From contig CAVOGR010000007.1 of the NCBI GenBank assembly GCA_963695555.1, forward strand, positions 640,001 through 704,000: a DNA stretch of 64,000 bases. The letters are read 5' to 3'. Each line of letters opens with the position of its first letter. Positions within the stretch are counted from its first letter, which is position 1. Origin of the DNA: an uncultured Gemmatimonadales bacterium (GTDB taxonomy: Bacteria > Gemmatimonadota > Gemmatimonadetes > Gemmatimonadales > GWC2-71-9). The translations under genes and the position numbers were made by a program. Positions 10,568 through 21,300 of this stretch are shown here, piece after piece. The notes under the pieces were generated by a model. That model was not told the DNA's origin. It worked only from the letters and a program-made list of their open reading frames with translations, and did not search any database.

Positions 10568-11620
10568 TTACGAATCGGCATCCCGGGTGATGTAGATCCC
10601 AATCCACGCCGGTGTTGTCCCGGCGAAGAGCTCCACGATGATCTCGTTGGAACCGGCGGTCAAGTTGGTCGTGACGGCCTCCGGCTGGTCATAGAAACTG
10701 AACCCGGAGCCAACGAAGAGATCTTCGTCGGCGCCGTTCGACCAATACAACGTGATCGTATATGTGCCGTCCACCGGAACGTCGAAGTTGTAGTACTTGT
10801 CTCCGGCTGCGTCGAATCCCGAGCCAGCGTCAAACGCGCAGGTGGTCTCTCCCACCGCGGCCGGCGTTGCCAGAGTCGGGGCGGTGAGTGGATCGTCCGT
10901 GCCGGGCAACGCCACGATGTTGGTCGTGATGTCGAGTTGTCCCGTCCCCGGAAGGGCAAGGGGGGTCGTGGGCAGGAAGCTGATAGCCACATCCGAGAAG
11001 TTCCCGCCGCCGCTCGATCCGGGAAGCGGGCAAACGGTAATGGACGAGCCATCGGCGGCCGCGCTCAGGATGGGCGCAACGAGCGAGATCGCGTTTGGAT
11101 CGAGCCCGAAGTCCAGAGCGGCGCTCGCCAGGAAGCTATAGCCCGCGGCCGTGACGGTGACCGCCGTGCCTGGGTCACCCGCGGCGGGCGTGAAGACGGC
11201 AGGAATCGCGGCGGGGATCACCTTAACCGGGATGTCCATCGACAGCCCGCTGCCCGACGCTGATAGGGTTCCATCCGTCCCGCCCACTCCGGACACGACG
11301 AACCGCGCCCGCGTCCAGGGATCCGGACGCGTTGCAACCCCGGCGGCATCGTACACCAGGTTGAACGCCGAGTCCTCGACTACGTTGATCAGAGGATCGT
11401 TCGAGACCATGGCGAAATCCGAGATCCCGAGCTCGTTCCCCTGGTCGTCCAAGACCTCGAGGACGACCAACTCGGACTCGCCTTGATTGACGAAGATGGA
11501 CGATGGGGATGCATCGACCTTGACCGCGTCTCCGCGGAGATCACCCTGCGGATCTCCCTTACAGGCCCATGCGCCCACTCCGATGGCGAGAACAGCCAAA
11601 CCACGCATAGTACGATTCAT
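10568..11620 (-). CDS. Hypothetical lipoprotein, beta-rich; C-terminus resembles a PPC-type domain
   Basis: GAGGGG RBS 6 nt before MNRT; lipobox AWAC; C-terminal YYNFDVPVDGTYTITLYWSNGADEDLFV. Confidence 0.7.
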   Translation of the reverse strand: MNRTMRGLAVLAIGVGAWACKGDPQGDLRGDAVKVDASPSSIFVNQGESELVVLEVLDDQGNELGISDFAMVSNDPLINVVEDSAFNLVYDAAGVATRPDPWTRARFVVSGVGGTDGTLSASGSGLSMDIPVKVIPAAIPAVFTPAAGDPGTAVTVTAAGYSFLASAALDFGLDPNAISLVAPILSAAADGSSITVCPLPGSSGGGNFSDVAISFLPTTPLALPGTGQLDITTNIVALPGTDDPLTAPTLATPAAVGETTCAFDAGSGFDAAGDKYYNFDVPVDGTYTITLYWSNGADEDLFVGSGFSFYDQPEAVTTNLTAGSNEIIVELFAGTTPAWIGIYITRDADS

Positions 11621-11672
11621 ACTCATCCCCTCGTTCATGATCGAATGTTCCGATCCGCGTAAGACACAAGCT

Positions 11673-13136
11673 TCAGTGAGCGTCAGAAATCCGGATTGGC
11701 CCGCCCCGGCTCAGGAAGTCGACCCCGAGATACCTGCTGATGTCGACGACTCCTTCCTCCGTCAAAATATCGAGCCAATCACCGCGCGAGACTTCGGTCA
11801 AGTCGTCGGTGTAGAGCAGTTGATAGTTCCCGAGCCCCGTCCGGTCCGCGAAGATGTAGTACCGGCCCCTGCCTCGCTGGTACTGCCAGACCGTATAGGG
11901 GGGAGCCTTCCCCGACCGCGTGCGCGACAGGCTGTCGGCCGGTGTGCCGTACTTTGCGAACACACGCCCCCGGTCCGTGCGCCATCCTTCCCGGCCCCGG
12001 CGTCCCGGCTCGGTGTAGTGCTGATTGGCGTAGTCGATCGCCGCATAAAACTGTTCACGCGCCTCGTTCTTCTCGGTTCCATCCGTCGGGTCCCGGCCTT
12101 GCCAGAACTCGGCCAGAAACCTTCGCTTGGCTGTGAGCGAGAGGTCCTTGAAGACCTTGAGGTTGTCCTTGGACTCCGCGATGTAGTCCAGCGGTTCCGC
12201 CGCGGCATCCAGCTCCGCCTCACTCATGGTTGCGAAGTACCCTGCATCTCCCACCCGCTCGGTCGCCCGCTTCATCGAATCCGCCACCAGCGCTGCATGC
12301 AGCCCCTGCATCTGGAACGGGCGCGTCCGCTCGACTGCCTGATCTCCCAGAGTCAGGGAGACGCGCATCTGATACGCGCCCTCGGGCAGGCCCGCCAGGT
12401 CCATCTGGCCCTTCAAGACCCCACCCCCGGCAGGCACGCCGACCACGGTCGGCGGCGTTCTCACTACCACCTGTCCGTCCTGAGACAGGATGGCCACCGC
12501 CATGGTCCCGCTGGCTTCCTGCTCGGCATAGGCCTCCAACAGGTAATAGGCCTTGGTCCTGAGCGGCGTGAGAATCAACTCCTCCGCCGGCGTCACGATC
12601 GTAGTGCCGAACTGAATCTGCCCGGCGCCTGGCATACTGTCCGCCTCGGTCGCCAACCGCATCTCGGGCGCCAACAAGAGATCCGAGGCCACCGGATTGG
12701 CCGCGAACGCTTCGATGGTCTTCGTACTGACGAAGCGCCGTCCCGTTACCGAATCGGTGACCGCCACTTCCAGCTGGTAGCGTCCCGCCGCCAGCGGGAA
12801 TTCCAAGACCTCCAACGCTCGCGCGCCCGCCATGCCGACTGCGACCGGAGCGCGCCCGCTCCACGATTCCTCGTGAAGGGTGAGGCCCGCGGTATCGGCA
12901 ATGCGGACCGCCACCTGATAGCTCACGTGCATTCCCGGGCTCGCGGCGGTCGGCTCGAGGAGCGCATACGGAATCGCGACAAACGCCTTGCACCGGGTTT
13001 GCTGGAACTCCGCTCGATAAAACCGAACCAGCTGAATCTCAGGGCCGGCCTGTGCCTCGACCGTCCCAGCCGCCGCTGGCAGCATGCCGAACCCGGCACC
13101 GATAACTGCCGCCAGTGCAAGACGGCGCTTCACCAT
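11673..13136 (-). CDS. GWxTD domain-containing exported protein
   Basis: FW..RDP...T..NE..E.FY..I.YAN, then GWRTDRGRVFAKYGTP; signal peptide ending VEA-Q. Confidence 0.88.
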   Translation of the reverse strand: MVKRRLALAAVIGAGFGMLPAAAGTVEAQAGPEIQLVRFYRAEFQQTRCKAFVAIPYALLEPTAASPGMHVSYQVAVRIADTAGLTLHEESWSGRAPVAVGMAGARALEVLEFPLAAGRYQLEVAVTDSVTGRRFVSTKTIEAFAANPVASDLLLAPEMRLATEADSMPGAGQIQFGTTIVTPAEELILTPLRTKAYYLLEAYAEQEASGTMAVAILSQDGQVVVRTPPTVVGVPAGGGVLKGQMDLAGLPEGAYQMRVSLTLGDQAVERTRPFQMQGLHAALVADSMKRATERVGDAGYFATMSEAELDAAAEPLDYIAESKDNLKVFKDLSLTAKRRFLAEFWQGRDPTDGTEKNEAREQFYAAIDYANQHYTEPGRRGREGWRTDRGRVFAKYGTPADSLSRTRSGKAPPYTVWQYQRGRGRYYIFADRTGLGNYQLLYTDDLTEVSRGDWLDILTEEGVVDISRYLGVDFLSRGGPIRISDAH

Positions 13137-13200
13137 GTATACCTGCCTTGAAATCCCGGTCGGGGGGTCCGAGAACCCCCCGCCGAGGTTCCGATAGTCC

Positions 13201-14325
13201 TTACCAACCAACACTCAGGGTGAAGAAGTTCGTCGGCCCGAGCACGCCCATGTACTTGTAGGCGTAGTCGAAGCCAACCTTGAACTGCCCCGCCCCGTAC
13301 CAGAGGCCACCGCCGAACGCGAGACCGCCGAGGTTTTCCTCGTCGGACAACGCGGTCACCAGGGTCGCCGGCTCCAGATTCCGGTCGCCGGTGTAGCTGT
13401 AACTACCGCGCACCGCCGCCCCGAACCCGGTTTCGCCGATCTGGTCGAGCGCCCACTCGAAGCCGCCGACAGCGCCGGCCCGATTGTTGGTGGGCTGATT
13501 GAAGTCGCCCAGGATCGTCACCCGATTGTTGGTTCCGGCGATCAGGTCGTACGCCAACCCGACCCGGAAGATCGTCGGAAGCGGGAACGCCTTGGTCCGC
13601 AACCGAGCATCCGCGGGCAGACTCGGGACCGGCTGTTCACCCGGCAGTGGATCCCGGGGGGAGCCCGTATTCAGGGCGTCACCCGAGTACGACAGGTTGG
13701 TGCCGAGGTTGGCCAGGGTAAAGGAGAAGCGCACCGGGTGATTGGCCAACATCGCGTGGAAGTTCGTGCCGAAGTCGACCGCGAACGCCGAACCATTGGC
13801 GTCGCCCAGCTGGTCGAACACGAACTTGGCGGTGATACCGGCGCTGAACCGGTCCGAGAAATTCTCCGCATAGGTGATGCCGGCGAAGGTCTCGTTCACC
13901 GAGTAGACCGAGCCGGTGCCTTCAGGTTGGGCCGCCGTGTAAACCGGCTGGTTGTCGAACCCGAAGGTACCCAGCTGGAAGCCGACGGCCCGCGCGCCAC
14001 CCGAGAACGGGAACGCGATACCGCCCCAGCTGTACTTGGTCTCCGCCACATAGTCATAGGTGCTGAACATCGCAGACGGCCGGTCCAGCAATGCCACGCC
14101 GGCCGGATTGTAGTACAGGGCACTCACGTCCTCGGCCAAGGCCGAAAACGCTCCGCCCAGGGCCGTACCGCGCGCACCCGCTCCGAGGAGCAGGAACTCT
14201 GCCGCCGTCGACCCATAGGGCGTGTTGTCCTGGTTGACCTGATCGGACTGCGCCGTCAACGCGACGGGCAGGCCCGCGACCAGCGTCGCTACCAGGGCCA
14301 ACCGGTGGAGGGTTGTGTGCATCAT
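13201..14325 (-). CDS. PorV/PorQ (UPF0164)-like outer-membrane beta-barrel
   Basis: AAEFLLLGAGARGTALGGA, ALYYNPAG, FAVDFG, NLG, LPTIFRVG, FDYAY; terminal aromatic residue (SVGW). Confidence 0.82.
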   Translation of the reverse strand: MMHTTLHRLALVATLVAGLPVALTAQSDQVNQDNTPYGSTAAEFLLLGAGARGTALGGAFSALAEDVSALYYNPAGVALLDRPSAMFSTYDYVAETKYSWGGIAFPFSGGARAVGFQLGTFGFDNQPVYTAAQPEGTGSVYSVNETFAGITYAENFSDRFSAGITAKFVFDQLGDANGSAFAVDFGTNFHAMLANHPVRFSFTLANLGTNLSYSGDALNTGSPRDPLPGEQPVPSLPADARLRTKAFPLPTIFRVGLAYDLIAGTNNRVTILGDFNQPTNNRAGAVGGFEWALDQIGETGFGAAVRGSYSYTGDRNLEPATLVTALSDEENLGGLAFGGGLWYGAGQFKVGFDYAYKYMGVLGPTNFFTLSVGW

Positions 14326-14383
14326 AGATCTCGACTCTCCGTGTTGGGAGGGACGGGCCGGAGCCCGCCCCCCACCCAAAGGG

Positions 14384-17300
14384 CTACTGGGCAAAGTTGA
14401 CGACGGTCATCCGGCCGACCCGTCGTGCGTCGCCGGATTCGATATGATAGAAATACACGCCGCTGGCGACCACCTGGTTGTTCCGATTCCGGACGTTCCA
14501 GTCTTCGAATCCGCCAAACTGCGTCGAGTTGTGCTCCAACAGGGCCACCAGCACCCCGCTCGACGAGTAGATCCGGATGATCGCTTGTTCCGGCAGGTTC
14601 ACGAACTTGATGACCTTCGAGACCGTCGTGGTCTCGAACTCATTGGTGACGTAGTACGGATCCGGCACGGTGTGGACCCTGGACAGGTCGTTCACCGATG
14701 CCGCGTTCACCTTGTTGGTCAGGTCGAACTGCACCCTGAGTTCGGTGCCGACCGCCGTCCACGACCGCGGCGGGTTGAAGTCTTGGTTGAAGATGTACGA
14801 ACCGTAGTTGCCGCCATCGCCGTTCCCGCCGACGATGCCGCCGATGTAGCTCCGGAGCGACCACACCGTGCCCGCAGCCGGCACTCCGCCGCCGGCCATC
14901 GCCATGGTGAAGAAGTCGCCGGACAGGTAGATGCCGAAGCCGGCATCCGCCCACACCGGATCGGTGCGGGACGCCGACAGCGACGGGCTGAACGGCACCA
15001 CCGGACCCGGAATGGCGGTCCGGCTGAGCGTATAGGTTGGCCCACCCGAGCAGTTCGCCGAGCCCGGGCTGTAGCCCGGCTGGTTCATCGGCGCGATGCA
15101 GTGCAGGTCGGTGTAGGTCAGCTCATCACGTGCATCGTACGACCCGGCCGACGGCAGTGCCGCCGACTGGTTCAGGATGCCCCAGGTGCCGGCCAGGTGA
15201 TCGGCCGCGAAGGGGACCTCCACGTTGTGGGTCACGTCGATCACCGAATCCACGGTGCCGCCGGCTCCCCAGTACACGTTGAAGTCGGCCGCGCGCCGGG
15301 CACCGCTTCGGATGCCTTCGGCCGGCCGCATCTCACCGCCGCCCACCGACTGGTAGGCCTGGGTGTTGTGGATCAGCGAGACCCCGGTCAGCTCCCCGCC
15401 GTTGTTGTAGTTGGTCATCGGGTCACCGCTGAAGTTGGCGGTATTCCCCGAGATGGGGTCGGCCATGGTCTCGTTGTTTTGCGGCGACGGGCCATCGAAC
15501 CACCGCGAGCCGTTATACGCGCACTCGCCATCGCCGCCGAAGTTCCGCCGGCCGTTCACACAGCCACGGCCGTAGAGCGAGTGATAGTCGGGGCCTTCCA
15601 TCTCCATCGACATGGCCCCGGCAAGGGAATAGGCCGCCGAGCCGCCGTAGCGCGACGCCAGGGTCCCGTCGACCTGAATCGACGGCAAATTGGCGCTGGC
15701 CGACTGGAGACCGATTTCCGCCGGCTGCGTGATCGGCAGCATGAGCGAAACAGCTGCACCGCCCGCATCGGCGGTAATCCAGTACTGGTGCGGCAACGCC
15801 GGGCTGCTGTAGGGCGAGCCCAGGACGATGCTATCCAGCCGGGCGGTCAGCGCGCCTGGCTGACTCAGCACCTCTTTCACGAACCCGGCCAGGCCGATTT
15901 CCCACGCGTTGCTGGCGGGGAACGGCCCTGCGAACCGGCCGGTGACCGGATCGAGCGCCGGACTCGGCGAGGTATGATCCAGCAGCTGGTCCCGACCGAA
16001 AATACCGGCGATGACGGTGGCCTCGTTTTCGTAGTTCGAGGCCGGCGCCCGCGGCACCACCGCCTTGGTGTTCCGGGCCGACTCCAGGTTGGAGGGACCC
16101 GACTGCCACGAGTTGATGTCGAACGCCGTCACCGAGTAGAAGTAGCGGAAGTTGCTGCGCACGCTGTTGTCGACGTACACGAACGGCACGCCGGCGTCCG
16201 ACAGCTGCGGGTAGCCGGCGCTGTTCCCGGTTACCGCAGTGTCCGCCACCAGCACGATCGCCGTCCCGTCCGCCAGCGCCGTCCGCTCGCCCAGCTTGAC
16301 CTGGACGATCTCGCCCACCAGCGGAATCTCGACGAACTCGATTCGCGGCAGGCCGGGCGTGAACGGCCCGAAGGACACGGCGCAGTTTGCCGTAATGGCG
16401 ATTTCGGGGGCGCAGAGCACGTCCGGATTGATCTGGCCTGCATAGTCGCTGATGCTGGTGCCGGTGTAGTCGAACTGCGCGATCAGCTGCAGTTCGTTCG
16501 GCGCATCCACCCGGCCGCGATACACTCGGTACCCTTCCACGTCGAACTCCCGATAGTTGGGATCGTAGAGGGCGTTGGTCGGGTCGCTTGCCACCGAGAA
16601 GAACGGATCGCCGTTGGCCTCCGACACGGTCGGCCGCCACAGCACCGTCACCTGGTTGTCGTTCGGCACCAGGAAGAAGTCCGGCGAGTCCGGCGCGAAC
16701 GGCAGCAGGAATTGGGCGTCGAAGATGGCCTGGGCCGTCAACGACTTACCGAGCAGCGAACCGGGCACCACGAGGTACTCGTCCTGCGTCACCTCCCCGT
16801 CGGCATTGGCATCGTTGAAGCCGAGGTAGCCCGCGATGCTGTCCGTAATCGGCACGCCCGGGCTGGTCATGAGCTGCGGATTCCCGTGGATCGGGTCGTT
16901 GCCCACCACCTGCTGTCCTGGCGGCAGGTCGCCGCAGGGCCCTGCCACGCAGCCGCCCACGGCCACAGGGGCCGCAAAGATGTACGACACCACGATGGTC
17001 CCGAGCCCGCCCGGCGTGAGCGCCAAGGGGGTCGAGGACTGGTAGAACCGCATGTCGAAGTGCCGCGAGTTGTTCAGGTAGCAGATTCTGCTCTGGGTCG
17101 GATCGCCCGAGTTACAGGGCTCGTCACCCGCGGCCACGCTGATCTGGCCCGAGAGGTAGCGATACAGCTGGGTGGTGTTCTGCGGGTCGCCGAACTGGCC
17201 ACCGTTTTCGGTGTTGCTGTACAGCTGAATCGCACCGGCGCCGGTCGGGCTCTTCAGGTACTTGACCCCGACGAAGCCGCTGCCGGCAAAGAACGGCGCG

Positions 17301-18286
17301 GAAAAGATGGCCGGATCGAAGGTCCAGCCGGCGAACCGATCGAACTCGCCGTCGTAGGTGGTGCCCAACGCGAACGGGAGGATGACGCCCGCCCAGTTGG
17401 TGCCCGCCGAGGCGACGTCCATGTCCGTGCCGAATGCGGCAAACAATGGATCGACCGTGTACCCGTCGGTGGGCAAGGTGATTCCGCTCGCGGCATTGTT
17501 CCGCGAATGGAACTCCTGAGCGCTTTCCACCAGGATATCGACCATCGAGGGCCGGATCCCCTGGGCCTCGTAGTCGCTCCGGTTGAGCGAGCTCACGTTA
17601 TAGAAGGTGTAGATGTAGTAGAGCAGGTCTTCATTCCCGGAGGGGAAGTTCCAGCCGAGCCCCCGGGTCTCGACGACCACGCCCAGCGGGTGCGGCCGCC
17701 CGGCCGAGAATGACGGATCGCCGTCCCAGGACATGAACCAGATGTCGCCCTGCGAGGCCGAGACCCGGCCCTGGAGCAGACTCTGGAACACATCCGCCTG
17801 CGGGTCGGGCGACGACGGCACCCGGGCTGGGTGGTTCGGGTCGGCGTTCACCTCCGCAAAATCAGAGGGGTTGTTCATGTTGTAGATCGGCCGGACCTCG
17901 AGGCCGTGCTGGGTGGTGCCCTTCGGATCGAAGAAGAACGCACCCGTAGTGTCGCCGGCCCACGGGCCGCCGTCGGTGCCAATGATCCCGGCCAGCTGGA
18001 GGCCCGTATTGAAGACGTACTGGTCGGCCGTCCCCTTGGGCCAGAACCCGCCACCGATGGTCGACGAGTTGGTCGAGTCAACGCAGATCTGCCCGTCGCT
18101 GCTCAGACCGCAGTAGATCCGGTTGATGGTCATCGCGCCCAGGCTCCGCGCGAACAGGCGGAACCCCCGCTTGGCGTTAGCTCCCGGCTCCGGCACCGCC
18201 GACGCCGTGGTCGGCGCTACCGCCGCCAGCACGAACGCCAGGAGTGTGGCCAGCAGGGCGCTGCGCGAACGAAATGTTGAATGCAT
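14384..18286 (-). CDS. Large (~1300 aa) secreted hypothetical protein with FN3-like segment and T9SS-CTD/FlgD-Ig-like C-terminus
   Basis: GAGAGGA RBS; signal peptide; VTVLW..EGYRVYR..YVD..YFYSVTAFD; C-terminal VHTVPDPY..IKFVNLP..IRIYSSSGVLV..WNVRN..VASGVYFYHI. Confidence 0.82.
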   Translation of the reverse strand: MHSTFRSRSALLATLLAFVLAAVAPTTASAVPEPGANAKRGFRLFARSLGAMTINRIYCGLSSDGQICVDSTNSSTIGGGFWPKGTADQYVFNTGLQLAGIIGTDGGPWAGDTTGAFFFDPKGTTQHGLEVRPIYNMNNPSDFAEVNADPNHPARVPSSPDPQADVFQSLLQGRVSASQGDIWFMSWDGDPSFSAGRPHPLGVVVETRGLGWNFPSGNEDLLYYIYTFYNVSSLNRSDYEAQGIRPSMVDILVESAQEFHSRNNAASGITLPTDGYTVDPLFAAFGTDMDVASAGTNWAGVILPFALGTTYDGEFDRFAGWTFDPAIFSAPFFAGSGFVGVKYLKSPTGAGAIQLYSNTENGGQFGDPQNTTQLYRYLSGQISVAAGDEPCNSGDPTQSRICYLNNSRHFDMRFYQSSTPLALTPGGLGTIVVSYIFAAPVAVGGCVAGPCGDLPPGQQVVGNDPIHGNPQLMTSPGVPITDSIAGYLGFNDANADGEVTQDEYLVVPGSLLGKSLTAQAIFDAQFLLPFAPDSPDFFLVPNDNQVTVLWRPTVSEANGDPFFSVASDPTNALYDPNYREFDVEGYRVYRGRVDAPNELQLIAQFDYTGTSISDYAGQINPDVLCAPEIAITANCAVSFGPFTPGLPRIEFVEIPLVGEIVQVKLGERTALADGTAIVLVADTAVTGNSAGYPQLSDAGVPFVYVDNSVRSNFRYFYSVTAFDINSWQSGPSNLESARNTKAVVPRAPASNYENEATVIAGIFGRDQLLDHTSPSPALDPVTGRFAGPFPASNAWEIGLAGFVKEVLSQPGALTARLDSIVLGSPYSSPALPHQYWITADAGGAAVSLMLPITQPAEIGLQSASANLPSIQVDGTLASRYGGSAAYSLAGAMSMEMEGPDYHSLYGRGCVNGRRNFGGDGECAYNGSRWFDGPSPQNNETMADPISGNTANFSGDPMTNYNNGGELTGVSLIHNTQAYQSVGGGEMRPAEGIRSGARRAADFNVYWGAGGTVDSVIDVTHNVEVPFAADHLAGTWGILNQSAALPSAGSYDARDELTYTDLHCIAPMNQPGYSPGSANCSGGPTYTLSRTAIPGPVVPFSPSLSASRTDPVWADAGFGIYLSGDFFTMAMAGGGVPAAGTVWSLRSYIGGIVGGNGDGGNYGSYIFNQDFNPPRSWTAVGTELRVQFDLTNKVNAASVNDLSRVHTVPDPYYVTNEFETTTVSKVIKFVNLPEQAIIRIYSSSGVLVALLEHNSTQFGGFEDWNVRNRNNQVVASGVYFYHIESGDARRVGRMTVVNFAQ

Positions 18287-18376
18287 GGCGTCCTCTCTCA
18301 AATGAAACATGTACGACGGCACGGCGGGTGACCTCCGGAGACTCGCTCCAGAGGCCGCCCGACCTGCCGCCATCCC

Positions 18377-21300
18377 TTAGAAGTTCAATTCAAAGCCCAA
18401 CCGGAGACGACGCGGCGTCCCGGTGAAGGCGTGAAGCCCATTGCCCTGCAAGTACGACGCATCCGACGCAGCGCGCTGTTCGGCCAACGTGAAGACCCCG
18501 TCGCCGTTTCCGTAGCGCTGCTCGGCACGGATGATGTAGATGCAGTTCGGCGCGTTCGGCTCGCCGCCCTGGTTGGTCCAGTTGCCGCACATGCCCGTCT
18601 GATTGGGCGTTCCGGTACCGAACGACATGTCCATCACGCCGGACGCATCGTCGTACACGTTGTTCCTGATCGCTTCGTTCGCCCACTGCGAGCTGTCCAC
18701 TCTCCAGATCCGCTCCTCGTTTGCCGCACTGCGGATGTCGTTCGTGGCGGCAAACACCTGGGTGATGTTCTCCAGGTTGAGGATGTTCCGGGCATCCGCG
18801 TACACCGTCACGTCGAGGCCGCGGAGCTGGAAGCCCTTGGTGAGCCGGAGGTCGAACTGCTTGAAGGTCGGCAACCGGGCGCCGTTCTGGTCGCCCTCGA
18901 ACTCCCGGGAGCAGACCGCGCCCGACAGCGTTGCCTCGTTGCCGCTCTCCGGCGGGCAGCGGGTGTAGGCCGTGCCGCTGGCCACCCGGAACGTCCCGAA
19001 CAGGCCGACGTTCTTCAGAATCCCACCGAGCGCTGTGCCTTCTTTCCAATCGTTCGGGAAGGTCAGCGCGAACGACCCGGCCAGGTTGTGCGGCCGGCTC
19101 GAGTTGAGCGGCAGAATCGCCTGCGGCGGCGGCTGGTTGCCGCCAGTGACCTGCTGCACGATACGCGAACCGAAGTTGATGTAGGTCCGCGGGTCGCTGC
19201 CGGTGGCCTTCGCATCCTGGAAGGTGTACGCCACCGAGCCGTTGAACATGTTCCCGAACCGCCGGTCGAGCCGGAGGTCGATACCCTTGGTGTTGCCGAA
19301 GTCGGCGTTGGTCATCAAGCGGATGTCCTGCTTGATGTTCTTGGCCGGGTCGGTCAGCCGGACGAGCCGGCCCGCGGCGTTCGAGATGTTGTCCTTGTTG
19401 TACGCCGCGATGTCCAGCACCATGTCGTCGTTGAACGAGTGACGGATGCCGAACTCGAACGTGATGGTCCGGCCGAAGTCGAGGTCGGCGCCATACACGT
19501 GGTTGGTGTTGGTGATTGCGAGATCGGTGTTGGTCCCGCCCAGGATCAGACCGAAGTCCGGCGTCTGCACCTGGTGAGCGTACGACAGCCGGAAGTTGGT
19601 CCGCTCGGTCACCGGGAAGGCGACCTGGATGTGCGGGCTCAAGTAGTTGTGGCTCTCGTCCTTCCGGAAGATGGTCAGCTCACGCCCATCGGACGCCGTG
19701 CCCTGATAGGTGCTGGTCCGCGGGAAGTAGACGTACTCGTTGAAGGTCTCGCTGTTCGCATCTAAATCCAGCAGATACGGACGCTCGGCCTTGCTGTCGT
19801 AGTAGTCGTACCGCAACCCGCCGACGAGTACCACGTCGCCCAGGTCCAGACGATCCTCGATGAAGGCGTTCCACCGGACCGGCTCTCCCTTGAACACTTC
19901 GGAGAAGGCCTGGCTAGTCAGCGTGTGCGAGTAGATGAACATGTCGTACTTGGTGTACTCGCCGCCCAGCTTGATCCGGTTGTAGCGATCGAGCTGCCAA
20001 TCGAGGTTGGCCTTCCCGATGTAGCGGTCTTCCTTGAACAACTGAAGCCGGCCCTGGGGGCCGCCGCCTTCGGAGACGCCCAGGCGCCCCTCGGCGTTGT
20101 TCCGGTAGTTGTCGATCTCGTTGTACTGGTCGCGCTCCTCGAGATTGAACGGACTCCGCCGCGAACCGTTGATGTTGTCGCGGTAGTTCTCGATCAACTG
20201 GTCGTTGAGCGGGAAGTTGTCGAAATCGAACAGGAATTCGTAGGGCTTGATGTAGAACCCGCCGAACGGCTGATAGCTGGCGCGCTCAGTCTCGCGGGTG
20301 AGCGGCGAGAAGATCTGCCGGTCTGTCTGATACGAGCCGAAGACCTCGAGCGCCAAGGCCCGCTCAGCCGACTTGGACAGGTTCTGGGTCCAGTTGACCG
20401 TCAGGTTCCGGTTCCAGTTCCGCGTCGCGAAGGCGTCGGCGGGATTGGACTGGTCGAAGTCGTTCCGGTTCTGGTCTTGCGTTGCCAGACCCGTGACCGA
20501 GATCCGCGAACCGCCGGCGAAGCTGTAGTTGAGCTTACCGCTCAGTTTCCAGTTGGTCGCCCCGGTGGCCGGCCGCCGGATGCCCTTGGCATCGTAGCCG
20601 TAGTTGCTGGCGATGCCCGCATTGGTGCTGTTGGCAAAGTCATCGACCTTGCCGGTATAGACCGCGTACTGTTCGACATCCACCCACGTGGTGTCGGCAC
20701 CGGCCGAAAAACTCGACGGTACCGCCACCGTGGTGTCGACCCCGGCCCGGACGAAGATCGGGAACTTGTCGCGATCCATCCCACCGGTGAATGACCGGAA
20801 GCCTTCGAGTTGGCCACCCAAGAAGAAGGTCAGCCCACCCGCAATCGGGCCGGCTAGCGAACCGTTGACAAAGTTCTGGCCGGGCATGGTGCCGCCAAAC
20901 ATCTCGTCGGTCCCGTACCCCAGCGAGCCGGTGAAGGCCGGCCCACCGGTCCGGGTCGAGATCGAGATGACGCCGGACTGGGCGTTGCCGAACTCGGCCG
21001 AGGACGACCCGGTGGTGATCGAGGCCTCCTCGAAGGCATTGGTGGCCACGAGGTCGGTGCCGGCGTTCCCGCTGCCCATGACGAACCCGGTGCCGCGGTT
21101 GCCGGCCGTGGTCGGCACGCCGTCGATGTAGATCACGGCCTCATCCGACCGGCCGCCCCGGATCGACAGCGTCCCACCGCCCTGGCTCGCCACCACGCCG
21201 GCTTGAAGCGCCAGTGCGTTCTGGATGCGGTCCACCGGCAGTTTGTCGCCGAAGTTGCCGCCCAGGCGCTGCTTGGTGGTGACCTCGTCGCGCGGCACCA

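Noticed and set aside
14315..17713. 1132-aa ORF on + strand (also 11487-13151, 18431-19765, 42295-45207)
   Set aside because: Antisense shadows of real minus-strand genes; Arg/Gly/Val-rich, no motifs, typical of high-GC DNA
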